Shown: positions 63,348-64,000 of the stretch, piece by piece
How the letters are laid out: every line of letters starts with the position of its first letter
How positions within the stretch are numbered: the first letter of the stretch is position 1
Source: Amphiscolops sp. MND2022
Lineage: Eukaryota
Reading direction: 5' to 3'
Assembly (NCBI GenBank): GCA_964187785.1
Contig: OZ076409.1
Location: 95,234,001-95,298,000, forward strand
DNA length: 64,000 bases
The notes under the pieces: model-generated
What the model was told of the DNA's origin: nothing
Databases searched by the model: none
What the model saw: only the letters and a program-made list of their open reading frames with translations
Position numbers and translations under genes: made by a program

Positions 63348-64000
63348 TGTTACGACTATTAACCGAAGTAGTTTTGGAAGTAGTCGCTTTTGGTTTTATC
63401 GGAGTTGAAGTTGTGTTAGGGAAAAGGTTTTCTGGTTCAGAATCAGAGTTTTTCAGGTTTTGTACAGTTGCTGGTTTTTTAACAGCTGGGGCTATTAGTT
63501 TTAACATCTCCTTTTGGTTTTCAGCTAGGATCTTAGTGAGATCAGACATAATCTCCTTTCTCAGAGACGTTTTAATCTCGTCGAGTTTCTCAGGCTGGAC
63601 TTTGGGAGATTTACTCGGACCTGCTACGTAGCTTTCAGTTTGAATATTCTCAGTTGTTGAAGCTTCAAACTCTCCTGAAGCTAGCTCAGCTACAGGTTTC
63701 CTTTTCTGACTTCTAGTGGTCATTTTTTGTTGAAAAGAAATTTTTGGAATTGGTGAAATCGTCAAGGAAAAGATAGGTTTCATCAACGAAGTGAAGTATA
63801 TTTATTGTAAGAACAGTAGAACTGACTAAAATATACATGTCATCTACAGCTATATATACCTTCCTAGCATCATTTGTTATTTCACCTAAAAGTCTGTAAG
63901 TAGAATTTGTAAGTTTTAATAGTATTTGCCATACCTGTGTCGGAAGCTTCTTGCATCCCGGTGAACCCCTTCATGACACGTTGTACACCGACCGGGAGCG
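63348..64000 (-). mobile_element. Solo or 3' LTR related to the element at 84-3014 (runs off the window), with intact Gag N-terminal ORF 63723-63340
   Basis: Protein similarity to Gag residues 1-126 stops exactly at ..GTCGTAACA; no PBS follows. Confidence 0.85.

Overview
AT-rich, repeat-dense eukaryotic (most likely invertebrate animal) genomic DNA; no prokaryotic features. Two multi-exon host genes are threaded through many transposons: a minus-strand glycosyltransferase-like gene (exons ~30952-30717, 13259-13013, 11668-11514, 10980-10572; one 17.5-kb intron) and a plus-strand secreted beta-rich protein gene (exons 50149-62571, continuing past the window). Mobile DNA includes the 5' end of a Ty3/Gypsy-type element (gag with a -1 frameshift signal), several solo LTRs, a BEL/Pao element, a young non-coding LTR element with a nested FLYWCH/MULE transposon, degraded Gypsy and BEL fragments, a 5'-truncated CR1/L2-like LINE, many Helentron-type non-autonomous repeats and MITEs. 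Most notable: (1) the BEL/Pao LTR carries an antisense, intron-containing JmjC-domain (2OG/Fe(II) oxygenase) gene; (2) three LTR families carry roughly 125-190 codons of Gag-like frame inside the LTR, all ending in the same phase at the terminal CA, and in the one copy with internal sequence the ORF reads through the PBS. All calls are by eye; family assignments come from recalled motifs, not database searches.
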